DNA of 63,746 nt, counting the filler, from Catajapyx aquilonaris (lineage: Eukaryota): assembly GCA_000934665.2 (NCBI GenBank). It is 4 parts of 4 records of this genome, joined end to end, with 100 filler letters (N's around TTAATTAATTAA, not from the genome) between each part and the next. Parts side by side here need not be neighbours in the genome. Positions count along the whole stretch, not along the records: positions 1 to 15,833 come from JYFJ02007380.1; 3 more parts are not named here. The stretch is one strand, 5' to 3'. A program made the translations under genes and the position numbers. Below the pieces are notes generated by a model, which saw only the letters and a program-made list of their open reading frames with translations, was not told the DNA's origin and did not search any database. Below, piece after piece: positions 1 through 11,744 of this stretch (the first letter of the stretch is position 1; each line of letters starts with the position of its first letter).

Positions 1-216
1 GACTCGCTTCTGTTATCATGCCGTGTGGGTTGCTTAGGATAGCCAGGATAAAGCTCGTTTGCGGGGGGTATGAAACTATCTGTCGTATATAGTACATAAT
101 TATATAAACAGACAAGATTTCATATAAAAACTATGCAAAAACAATGCAAACTGTCCGGCACGAAATGGTGTGTTCGATAGGCGATGTTAAACACCCTTGT
201 AAACACCAGTCCCTAA

Positions 217-797
217 AATGGATTTCGCCGTTCAGGAAAGATGGTTTAACAAGCATAATTATATCGGGTTAGCTTCAAGTAAGCACGTGCATGTAGTCCT
301 AAGATACTCCTGCCTCACATGGGAGTAAATTCGATAAAAATTAATGGTACGCCACACCTGGTTCATTACCTGAAAATGAGCCACATGTATGTAAATGAGG
401 CACTACTGTTAATCCAGCTGATACTTAAGATTCAGTACTTTCTTTCCACGTGCTGACCTTTCGTCCCTGGTGTGAAGGGCAAGGCCACACACATGCCACA
501 CACCACTTGTGAAGAACAAAGCCACTATCTACACTTGTGAGCAAGGAATTTACGTATCAATAGCAGCCAATCAAAAGGAGCCAACTCGGGTTGCAGACAG
601 AGACAATTATATTCCAAAAAGGGATACACTCATTAAGACACGTGATCTATCACCTGTTAAAATATGCTGTTCATTTGGAGAAAGGACAATACATGAAAAA
701 TTAAACTAAACTAAATTAAAACAATGCGACATAATACACAAGTCTTCGCGTGATGTCAGTTGCAGTTTCAATGGCGTAACAGTGTCTAATAATTATA
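217..797 (+). repeat. ~580-bp direct repeat, copy 1 (copy 2 at 6589-7167)
   Basis: Highly similar sequence from aaatggatttc through gtgaagaacaaagccactatc to ctaataattat at both places. Confidence 0.9.
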
Positions 798-1060
798 ATT
801 ATTTTAAAAATTATTTCTTATTTGCCCGATGAATGTTTAGACTGAAGAAGCAACGCTAACTGGACAGTTGACTCCCCAGAACAATCGATTTAATTTCCAT
901 CGACTACGTCTTGATCTTCGCCTGATTAATTCCTGCATAATCAGTGCCCCGTGGGCGCCAGAAGGCACATCTGGAGTATCTATTTCTGACTCTCTCCAGT
1001 CTTTTCTGATCAGACGAGGCGTGATTGGTGATCTCCAATCCCTTTATGCAAATGAGTCTC

Positions 1061-1067
1061 TATATAA
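1061..1067 (+). promoter_or_regulatory. Candidate TATA box for the lipocalin-like gene
   Basis: TATATAA upstream of candidate 5' UTR donors (GTAAGT at 1170, GTGAGT at 1229) and the acceptor TTACAG ending at 1300. Confidence 0.4.
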
Positions 1068-1345
1068 CCCAGGGGAATCTCAGGGAAGGCACCATTCTCA
1101 GGAGAGTATCTTCAGAGACTAGAATCCGCTTCAATCGCATCCAGGCAGCAGTCTTCGTTCTCCAAACAAGTAAGTATATCTTATACTTGTAGCAATGCTC
1201 TTGTCTCCCTGAATCTTGGTCTGCGAAGGTGAGTACATAGAGTGCATGGTATTTATGACATTTATAAACTAATAATGCTGCTCATCCTATTCTATTACAG
1301 GTTGTCATTTGCAAAGAGAGTTAATTCACTAATAATCCGATCATC

Positions 1346-2543
1346 ATGGGCAAGTTGGTTGCTGTCTTTGTGGCCATGCTGGCATCTGCATGCTTCATGT
1401 GGCAAAGTGTCAACTCCCAGCTATGCATATCGTACAATTATAAAGCACCTACCCCTTTTGATCAGAACACGGTAAGTCAGAGAGAAGTGAACCAGCAATG
1501 TATAGAGTAAAATGAGGATGCATGAAGGGTAAAGACAACGTGCATGAACATGTCACTGAGAAATCGATTTATATCTATGGGGTATATTGTGTGCTGCTGA
1601 CTGCAGGAGGCTGAAACAGCGAGTTAAACAAACCTCGCAATGAACCGTATAATTATCATCCACAGCTTACTGGAACCAGTGGAACGAATAAATGGACGGC
1701 AGTGAATAGCACAGACTCGACTGGCAAGATCACGTGTCACGAGATGACTATGACCACCATAACCCCAACCTCTATGAAAGTATCGGCAAAACTGACTGCA
1801 ATTATTAAGTGAGTACAATCCTGGGCGTTGCAAAGGTCGAGTCATATCCTTATATCGGTGTAAATTTCGCGGACGCTGACTCCCATTCATACTAACCTGC
1901 TGATCCCAGAAACTGTAGAAGAGAACCTTAAAGCAATGAAATGATCCAATGATATGCCAAGGAACTTGTATAAGTTTCCCTATACGTCCTTAGGAAACAC
2001 CCTGTAGAATTCCCCATCATTTGGTGACAATGAGATTCCGCCAGATGCGATATGGATATGATCTGACTCGCAGTTCAATAAGGCGAAATGCAATGTGAAA
2101 TATTGTTCATATAAAATTAATGTCTACGCAAATTTCCAGCGGTCAATCTACTCCAGGTTGCTACAATATCGACCCTTTCACCCGCCAAACAAGTGTCACC
2201 AACAATGTGACGTACAATGGTACTGCTGTAGTTAAAACCTCATTCTTAGGCAGTTGCTCAGTTAATGCTGGATCAAAAAACCTTGCTGCCACAGTTTTAG
2301 TTGTCGGCTGTGACTGTTGGATCGGCGAATTTAGTGCGGACACAATCGGTAAGTGATACTAATCATGCACTAATATTGCTATGAACCTTTTGTCCTGCGC
2401 AGTAATGTAAGTTGGCTTTTAACCTTTCAGGCACTACGATCCAGTCCTTCACCAATGACACGACGCGGTTGAAGACCGACTGCCAGAAGCAGTGGGAGCA
2501 AATGGGCGGCGCCCAGATGTATAAGATTCAGGGTTGCTCATAA
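1346..2543 (+). CDS. Secreted lipocalin/calycin-like protein, 196 aa; coding exons 1346-1471, 1666-1808, 2140-2348, 2431-2543
   Basis: All introns GT-AG with compatible phases (126+143+209+113=591 nt); hydrophobic signal peptide MGKLVAVFVAMLASACFMWQSVNS; PFD..L.G....KW near the N-terminus and C-terminal IQGCS* resemble arthropod lipocalins. The family call is an inference. Confidence 0.75.
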
Positions 2544-5500
2544 CCACCTTTTTAGAGGAATCATCTTCATGATTGTGGCCTCTGCCGGATTGCTGCGATA
2601 ATTGCCATTACAATACATCTGGATCTAATCTGAAACCGACTAATTGCGCAGCGAGATGTGATAATTTGATGCTAATTGTGAAAACTTGTAATGATCGGCC
2701 CAATTGATAATAAATACATATTGTACGTCACATCAATATATCCGACAGCAATTATTCATTTCTGAGGGGGGGCAACAATACAGCAGAATCTTATGCCCTT
2801 CTATAAATGTTGAGGTTGATTCCACAAGAATGGGACAGAAAACGAAGGTTCGAATATGCAACAAACACATGTGCTGCATAGTGAAATTAATACACATGTG
2901 ATCAAATGACACATAAATGATCATAATTACATGAACCACGAGTCAGACAAGGCTGTACTGTGTAAAGTTGTTAATTGGCTCGTTGATTATGTTATTACCA
3001 ACTAATTAATATTAAATTGTTAACCCGGCTTTTGTCCTGTGATGTGACAACTTAACGCCCATCACACTATCACAATTATTAGGAGGAAAGAACCAAATAT
3101 AAGTAGCCTACAGTACCTGCAAGTGCCGAATGTAGTGCAATGAAGAAACATGTGGACGCCTCAGCAGTAGTTCCACATCTACGAATAGCACGTTACAGAA
3201 ATTATTCACGATGCCTGCAGGTGTTATCACTCGTCAAATGTTGGATATCAGGTGCGCCATATCAAGGTTAATTGAATTTTAGTAACATGTTTGACACATC
3301 CCCGTTGGAAAGTGGCCTACCGCTGTAGTGCTGGACTCAACACATGAAAAATCGTGTAATATTCATTTGTAAAATCCGACGCTTAGTTTGGATGGGCTTA
3401 ACTTTGATTCCTGTAAAATAAAAGCAATATTGGCAAATCATGCGATTCGAGTAGACTTTTTCTCATTGTAAAGGCATTTCTAACTGGACAACAATGGCAT
3501 CTACAGTCTCATTTCTCGTTGCCAAATAACCTAATTTCTAAACCGTGTTCTAAACCATCTGGACTTGGCCTTGGAGGAAAGAGTGAACCACGAAAACCGG
3601 AAGTTGGCAATTTAGGGTTTACTGAACATCCGAATCCGAAAACAGTTTGTTGCTATCTCTTTCCCCATCACAGTAGAAGTCATTACAAATACATCTACAT
3701 GCAGAAGTGCTAAGAAGGAAAGACACTTTTTTTATTTAGTCCAGTCAAATTGTTGATGGACCTAGAACTAATATTGCAAGAGAATTAGTGTCAACTGATT
3801 CTATAGTAGAAAAGGGGGCGCTAAAAACAGATGGAACAAAGTCTACCACTCGCGCCAAAAGCCGCCATCGTGAAAAATGGGGGCCAAGTAGGGAATGTTG
3901 GACTAAAAAAATTTATATCACGGAAACGACTAGGTTTCAATGAGCATTGAACTGGACATGAATGAAAGAGAATGGACTTCAAGACGACCCTTTTATTTTC
4001 TCTGTACAGTGCATAGTCTCAAATCTAGACAATTTTTCATGTATTAACAAGTATCGCATATATGGCGGCGCTTTTCGTTATTACAAACTGAGTGTTTCAT
4101 GGTGAATCGGGATAAAACAAGACTTCTTCATGCCTGTATGTAAGGTAGTATAGGTGAATAACTGCATTTCATGCATTAATACCATTACATGTTGACATAG
4201 ATCGGATATAACAGACTTCAATGGACTGTCTGTCAGTCTGTTACAACCAAGATCTGTTGTAGGAAGTTGTAGGAACATGGTGAATGGGCACATATGGGAG
4301 CTTTTACAGAAGCCCATGGGTTCAAAATAACCTAAAATTCGAAATCAGCTAGCCCGAAAACATGGGGAGACATGTTTTTTTTACGTGCTTAAACAGTTTA
4401 GTTGAGGAGCCTATCAATTTCTATCGTGTATGTTCTGATAGCATTGACATTTTAAAAAACCACGTGAAAAGGGGGTGGGGTTCCAATGGATACCACGGTC
4501 GGTCACTGGGGGAGGGGGGAGGGGGGGGGTCATAAAGTGACCTAACATCGGTCAAGTGGTATTTGCACGACCCCAAAGGGGTGGCAAGGGGTATTGAAAT
4601 AAAATGGCACAACAGGAAAGAAACATCATTGTTCACAGATTTCCAGAAAGCAGAACATAATATTATCGGGGAAATAGTGTTTGTCGAGAGAAATATTTAT
4701 TTACATTTTGTGCTCTAATCTGCCCGAGGCGACCAAATAAGATGCCAAATCTTCACTTCCGATTTCTTACTAGATACACACTATGTGCCAATTGTATCGA
4801 CTCGATTGAAACGTTGTCATTTTTACCCTCCAACAATTTTTCTCTAAAAATCAGCATGGCCTAAAATTGGATTGTTTAAAATGCGTTTTGATGCCATAAG
4901 CGAGGATCAACAATATTTTGGTGGTTCCGTCTTCTGTGAGCTTTCAACCACATTCAATGCAAATTTTCTCTGAGAGAATAGTAATAAAAGTTGGTACACT
5001 GAAAGTTACAAAACAAGGAGAGGGAATGCCATTTTTGAACTCAGAGTTTCCTATACATACGTGTCTCTCACCAGCTCCCTAACCGCCATACTGAATTCTC
5101 AATTGCAAGGACATAGGTATTGCCATCTGCATGCCACACACAGTGAGTGAGGTGCTGCCACAGCAGGTGGGATTGTTAAAAACGATCATCTCGCCCCTCA
5201 CTCCCTTGCAACCAACTTCTTCAAGTAACGAAATAAAATGGCCTATTTTCTCTGAATACGAGCCTCGATGAGCTCTGACACCTTAGAGGTCCAGTTTCAA
5301 GACAAGCAGGCAATCAATAAAAAAATTAATGAGATTCTAGTATTTACTAGTAACACTACTAGTTTTCCACCATACCTATACCAAAGCAGATGTAACAGTG
5401 TTGACAGTGGTACACAGATGATGGCTTCACTCACTTCGCACTGGTAAAACTCTATACGGGTACTGTAGGCTTGCTCAGTACCAAGGAGTGCTGAGAAAGG

Positions 5501-6102
5501 GAATGAATATCACCAGATATCACAAACTTGGCTCTCGAAAGTGCTTACAACTCACTAACAATGAAATCCCTTTGAAGTGTTCACCAAGCCCTGAATATAC
5601 AAACGCACCAGACGTTTTCTAATAATTGTATATGTATAATTGTGTATTGTAGAAAACCACTTGCTTCGCTCGCTTTTTTCTAGGCCTGTGGCCTACAGAG
5701 CCCATCCATATTTTCAATCGCTTCGGACTACCTTATAGTCAGTGATGATGCCAATCATATGCATAACACCCACCCTTTCCTCCGTGCATTCACATATAGG
5801 CCTATCTGTGATTCCCTATACCCTGCGACCAATCTGCAATCCCACCTTTGCATTGGCTGGGAAATATGCATTTACCCACCTCAACACACCCAATTACCCA
5901 TTGCTTTGACATTAAAAAAAACAATTATTGTATGAACAGAAATTCACAACCTCTCCTCGTATGCACTCGGCCACTCGCACACATGTATCTAAATGATATG
6001 CACAATGCACCCTTTCGGACCTCAGTTTTCTAACTGCTCATAAGTCATAACTTCCCTAGTTATTATAAACGTCCATGGAACTCTGCAGCGTTTGTATTAG
6101 AT

Positions 6103-6245
6103 CAGCGGTTCCCAAACTGTGGTCGGAGGAGGATCTCCAAGTGCTCCGCGAAATGACTGGGAAATAAAATATGTAAAACAAGGGCTCCGTCGCGAATTTC
6201 CCTCCTGAAAAGTGGTCCGCGACTCAAAAAGTTTGGGAACCGCTG
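6103..6245. mobile_element. hAT (Charlie-like) MITE
   Basis: TIR CAGCGGTTCCCAAACT...AGTTTGGGAACCGCTG; imperfect ~8-bp TSD (tattagat / taattaga). Confidence 0.7.
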
Positions 6246-6588
6246 TAATTAGATGATCAAAAACTGGTTTCATTCTTCCCGCCACATTATTCTTATGACG
6301 TTCTCGGGAGTGAGTTTTGTCCACAAAAGAAAGAGAAACAAAAATTAATCTGCAATGAAGAGCTCAAGAGCAAGTGTTTAGGCTTTCGATGACTTGCTTC
6401 CGTCCCTCATTGGGTGAATTTTCATGAGTTGCTGTTTCGTTTCAACTCCAATAGTTTTACATTCCAAAATTTATGATAATAATATTATGATGCTCCCCCA
6501 AAAAGGGTACAGCCCTCGTAAGGGGTATCATAATAAATAAATAAAATAAATAAAATATTACGATGCCATAACTCAGGTTGCCCTATAA

Positions 6589-7167
6589 ATGGATTTCACC
6601 ATTCAAAAAAGATGGTCTAACAAGCATTTATCGGGTGAGCTTTCAGTAATCAAGTCCATTCAGTCCTAAGACACTCACATGCCTCACATGGGAGTAAATT
6701 CGATACAAATTAATGGTAACACCTGGTTCATTACCAGAAAATGAGCCACATGTAAATGAGGCACTACTGTTAATCCAGCTGAGACTTAAGATTCAGTACT
6801 TTCTTCCACGTGCTGACCTTTCGTCCCTGGTGTGAAGGGCATGGCTACACACAGACCACACACAACTTGTGAAGAACAAAGCCACTATCTACACTTGTGA
6901 GCAAGGAATTTACGTATCAATAGCAGCCAATCAAAAGGAGCCAACTCATGTTGCAGACAGAGACAATTAAATTCCAAAATGGGATACACTCATTAAGACA
7001 CGTGATCTATCACCTGTTAAAATATGCTGTTCATTTGGAGAAAGGACAATATATGAAAAATGAGAATATTATTGTACAGTAACTAAATTAAAACAATGTG
7101 ACATACTACACAAGTCTTCGAGTGATGTCAGTTGCAGTTTCAATGGCGTAACAGGGTCTAATAATTA
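6589..7167 (+). repeat. ~580-bp direct repeat, copy 2, abutting the Helentron ORF
   Basis: Matches 217-797. Confidence 0.9.
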
Positions 7168-7223
7168 TTCCTAGGAATTCACTGCGCAAGAGGTCTCTTC
7201 TTGCACTAAGGGCCACTCTGAGT

Positions 7224-10200
7224 ATGGTCAACCCAGAAGGGAATGATCTGGTGTCACTTCTTGGTGAGTGGCTCCACACGAAGTCTTCAGAGCCCTATTT
7301 CTGGGAGACCTCATCTCTGCCTCTGCCGGCGGTCAAGTGCATCCCTGCATTAGACCAATCCGGCGTTATTCATCCTGACTGTTCCTCCGGGGAATCATCG
7401 TCGACTGGTCAACCGAACACTTGGCCTTGCAGGAACACCTGCCACGTCGCCGCCCGGGACCTGGAACGACTGCAAGAATTGCACTCCCTCTTCCTGGGAG
7501 AATGGGGGGTCGACCGAATAATTGTCCAGGTACGACAATTTTCGAGTGACTGCAGTCTGGCAAAACTCCCACGAAGAAAGGGCCACTCCCTAGCCTGCAT
7601 GGCCTTGCCCTGCCAGTCCGGATTCCGCAGCCTCCGTCACCTACAGCCTCATTCACCTCGTGTACGGTCCATAGTGAGGGAGCTCTACAAGACCCTAAAA
7701 CTGGATGGCTACTTCTTAGACATTGAGCGCCATTTGCAATCCGGGGATGTGGTCATGCTGGAGGAGACTCTGCAACAATGTGAGAGGTTCGACTCCCACT
7801 GCGCCGAGGAGACGAGCGTGTTGCGCGAACGTGCACAGGAGATGGCAGTGTACGAGCAGTACGAGAAGGACATCGCGGAGTATCAGAAGAGCCTCCATGA
7901 CTTTCCCATCGTCCATTGCCTGTCTTGTCAGCGTCTGCTCTACTCCAGGCAGGTGAGGAAATTGCAGCAGGAGAGGCTAGCCTCAATAAGGTCGTGGCAG
8001 AAGTTCATTGGTGATTCCTCGACTACTCCAACGGAGGATTCCCGGATCTGCCACTATTGTTGGGGCAAGTTCGTCAACGACGAGACTCCTAACCGCTGCA
8101 CTATGAACGGGCTGGCTGTCGACGTTCTTCCGGAGTCACTCAGGGATCTAAACACCCTGGAGAAAATCCTGGTGCAGCGTGGGAAGTGTTTCCAGACGGT
8201 GGTGCGCCTCGGTGCAGTGACTGCCAGACGTCCCAGCAACGAACTGGTGAATGCCATCAAGGGGTGCGTCGTCCATCTGCCCCTGCCGACGGAGGCCACC
8301 ATGCGGTCCGTGCTGCAGAAGGAGTCATCGGCCGATCTGACCATCCTGGTGAATGGGGTGCCTACCAGGAGCAAGAAGATCTGGCAGGACCTCGTCCGTC
8401 TGCCTAAGGTGGTAGCTGCTCTTGCCGCTCTGAGGGAAGTCAACCCACTGTACGCGGATGTAATTGTTGGGACTGACGAGTTGGAGGAGCGACTTGACCT
8501 GACAAGTGACGAGGAGCAGCGATCTATGCTTACGCAAGTCCCTGCTGGGGGAGTGCTGGACTCCGTGTTCCAGCAGTACACGATCCATCCTCTGCACCAG
8601 GTAAACGCTGCAGCCTCCAATTGCAACCTGTACCAGATGCTGAAGGTGACGGCGGAGCGGCTGGAAAACAGGGACACTGATACAGACACAAGGTGCTTCC
8701 CCTTCTTGTTCCCCCGTGGACGATATGGGAAACTCCACGAACGGGATGTCCCTCTTCCCTGCAGCGAGTTTGTGAAATCACGCCTGCTGAGCGTTGACGG
8801 CCGTTTCCGGAGGGACCAACAATATCTGTTCCATCTCTTATGGGACGGAGAGCTGAGGGCTCTCTCGGCTGGCATCTTTCACACTCTCAGGAGTAGGAGG
8901 AACTCCAACATGTCTGCCTCAGGACTTCTGCAGAGCCTGCAGGAGAACGACCCCAGCCTTCAGGTCGGCCTGCACACCGTGTTTAGGAACATGAGAGGAA
9001 CCCGGCAGTATTGGTACCAGCGCACCAGCGAACTGATGTGCATGAGCAGGGAGTTAGGCCCGCCTACGTGGTTCCTGACACTCAGCTGCGCGGAATACTT
9101 CTGGACCGACATGGAGGACTTCCTCAGGAAGGCGAATCCCGATGTCAGCAAGGGGATCACCACCTCTGCTCTGTGCGTGTTGGACCCGGTGAATGTGATG
9201 CGCCAATTCGACAACCGCTTTCGGGCCATGCTGCGTTTCCTCTACAACTCTCGCTGTCTGGGAACCATCGTGCATCATTTCTGGAGGTTGGAATTCCAGA
9301 GCAGGGGGAGTCCGCACGTTCACATGGTCCTGTGGATTAAGGACTCTCCTGTGCTGGGCCGTGACTCGCAAGACGATGTCTGTCGTTTCATCCAGGAGCA
9401 CATCACTTGCGAGCTTCCGGATGTGGCTGTTAATCCCAAAATCCACCAGCTAGTCACCAAGTTCCAAACCCATCTGTGCAGCACCTACTGTAGGCGACGC
9501 ACGCAAGTCAGTGGAAAATTTGTCACCCGATGCAAATTTGGCTTCCCACGGCGGCAGTCGGACAGCTTCTTGCTGCACGATGTCATGTCCTCCATCCGCC
9601 ACAGGCAGTCGGCCAAGTCAGGCAAGCGCCTCTACGAGTTGGTCAGGGGTCCTGGCGAGGAGCGCATCAACGACTATAATCCGACTGTTCTGCTGCTGTG
9701 GGAGGCAAACATGGATTTGCAGTATATCGCCGACAGCCAGAACTCCCTTTGTCACTACGTGACCAAGTATATAACCAAGGGAGAGAAGACCGTCCTGTCA
9801 GATGTTTGGGACGACATTGCCAACTCCGAGACCCTTTGCAAGCGCCTCTGGAAATTTGCAATGCGCGTCTTGACAAACCGCGAGTGCGGAGCCTATGAAG
9901 CAGCGGGGCGGCTCATCGGCGTCCACCTATACGGCAAGACGGCCTCCGTCAAATACGTAAACGTGCACATGTCCCACGTGCGAACGAGGCGCTTAAAGAC
10001 ATTGGCTGCCATCGAGACCATCCGGGAGAAGTCTCCGGAGTCACGAGACATCTATGAAAACAGCTGGGTAGACGATTACTATCCTAATCGCCCGCTGTCT
10101 ATGGAAAACCTCTGCCTCTTTGATTTCATGAGACTTCACGACTATGTCAAGTCGGCAAAGAACACGGAGGGACTCGTGGTACTCATGCAGGGGAAAGGGT

Positions 10201-10965
10201 TTCTGCGGCTGCGCAGCAAGCCTCACCTGATCAACCACCGCTTGTTCAACCCTTCAAAGGACAGCGAGAGGGAGCAGTATTACTTCTCCATACTCTTCCT
10301 GTTCTGCCCGTGGCGCTTGGAGAGTGAATTTCTCCAGGATCACTCCACCTACCAGTCATCCTTTGCGGCACTCCTACCGAAGATGCAGGCTCTACATGCC
10401 TATCATGAGAAGCTGACAGCCATCAGGGAGGCAGAGGAGGCGCTGATGGAGAACTTGGAGGCGACCACGCAGAACAACGAGGCAGGACCAGATGCTCAGT
10501 CTGGAGAAGGGTTTGCTCAGGGCGCAGAGGTGGAGACGGCAGCTGTCCTAGCCATGGAGGACTTGGTAGCAGCCATGATACCTGACCCCGTGACGAGCAA
10601 TCTCGAGGATATGGTGTCGCGCCTCAACGCCGACCAGTCTCGAGTGTTTGTCCGCATCAAGGAGAAGCTGGCGTCAGCAGATCCCCTACGGATGTTTGTC
10701 AGCGGCTGTGGAGGAACGGGGAAGAGCTTCCTCATCCACACTGTCAAGGCCATGATAATGGACATGTTCCCGTCGGAGAACATCGTTGTGGCCGTGACAG
10801 CCCCTACCGGACTGGCCGCATTTAACGTGGGCGGGGTGACCATCCACAAACTCCTCCAGCTTCCCGTAGAGCACGGATCCACACCAGCCTACAGGCCACT
10901 TTCGGAAGACGCGGTGCAGGTGATGCGGTCCTACTTCAGGGATCTGAAGCTGGTCATCATAGACG
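7224..10965 (+). CDS. RepHel transposase, 5' part: Cys-rich N-terminal region, HUH Rep domain and start of PIF1 helicase
   Basis: Rep motifs PTWFLTLS, WRLEFQSRGSPHVH (RGS typical of Helentrons) and YVTKYITK; Walker A GCGGTGKS; APTGLAA..GGVTIH; the frame runs into an insertion at IID. Confidence 0.93.
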
Positions 10966-11740
10966 TGTCATGCCGCCTACGGCATAACAAGGACTTAATT
11001 ACGATATTAAGTGGCATTTAATTACACACTTAATAACCCTAAAATTATTACAGTTTATTGAAAACACGCGTCTAAATTAACCTAGAGAATGGGCTAGGCA
11101 GCACGGAATCTATAAAGCAGTAGACTCCCTGGCGCCAGTAATCTATACAAAAAGAGCCATTAGAGTCCAAGCGCGGTGGAAGGGATAAGAAACTTACAGC
11201 ATCAATATGATACACTCATTTCGGGATGCAAGAATCAGATTAATACAGTTGTGAAAATACCGGACCCCACCCCAAACCGGGCACTATAAAAAGCAGGTCC
11301 GAGTCATAGAGAAAATCAGAGAAGCAGCAGACGCAGATCAGACGCAAGTCAGGCAGTAATCAGGTAAGCCAGCCATGTTGCAAAATTTCCAGTTGCATTT
11401 ATTTTACTTTTCGTGCAACCATAGGTTGAAGTGTATGGTGCATGATTATGGTATACGGATGTAAGAGTACATGTAGTTAATCCGTTATATGTTGTAGAAG
11501 ATGAACAGAACTGTAGACGTGGTTGTTGGAAAAGAAGTATTATTGGACTTGTGAACTATGTATGTATGTATATGTGTGTAGGAGAGAGAGATGTACATGG
11601 TAGTATAACAAAGAGCCTTACGTGGCTGCATTAAATAGGTTATTTGAAATCATTCCCCGACATTATTTATTTCCGCTGATACCCGACGCAAATACCTCTA
11701 CCTAACTTAAGTTCGAGCCCGTACCTGCGTTGGTTCGACA
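10966..11740 (+). mobile_element. Solo LTR (775 bp) inserted in the helicase Walker B codons
   Basis: Ends TGTC...GACA; 4-bp TSD GACG (10962-10965 and 11741-11744); internal TATAAAA (~11285) and ATTAAA (11630). Confidence 0.85.
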
Positions 11741-11744
11741 GACG

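Noticed and set aside
8054..8875. 273-aa antisense ORF and other ORFs overlapping RepHel
   Set aside because: Shadow frames of a GC-rich coding strand with no motifs
10966..11740. Intron interpretation of the break in the RepHel ORF
   Set aside because: TG..CA ends and a 4-bp TSD fit an LTR; the nearest GT (10965) has a poor donor context, though cryptic splicing is not excluded
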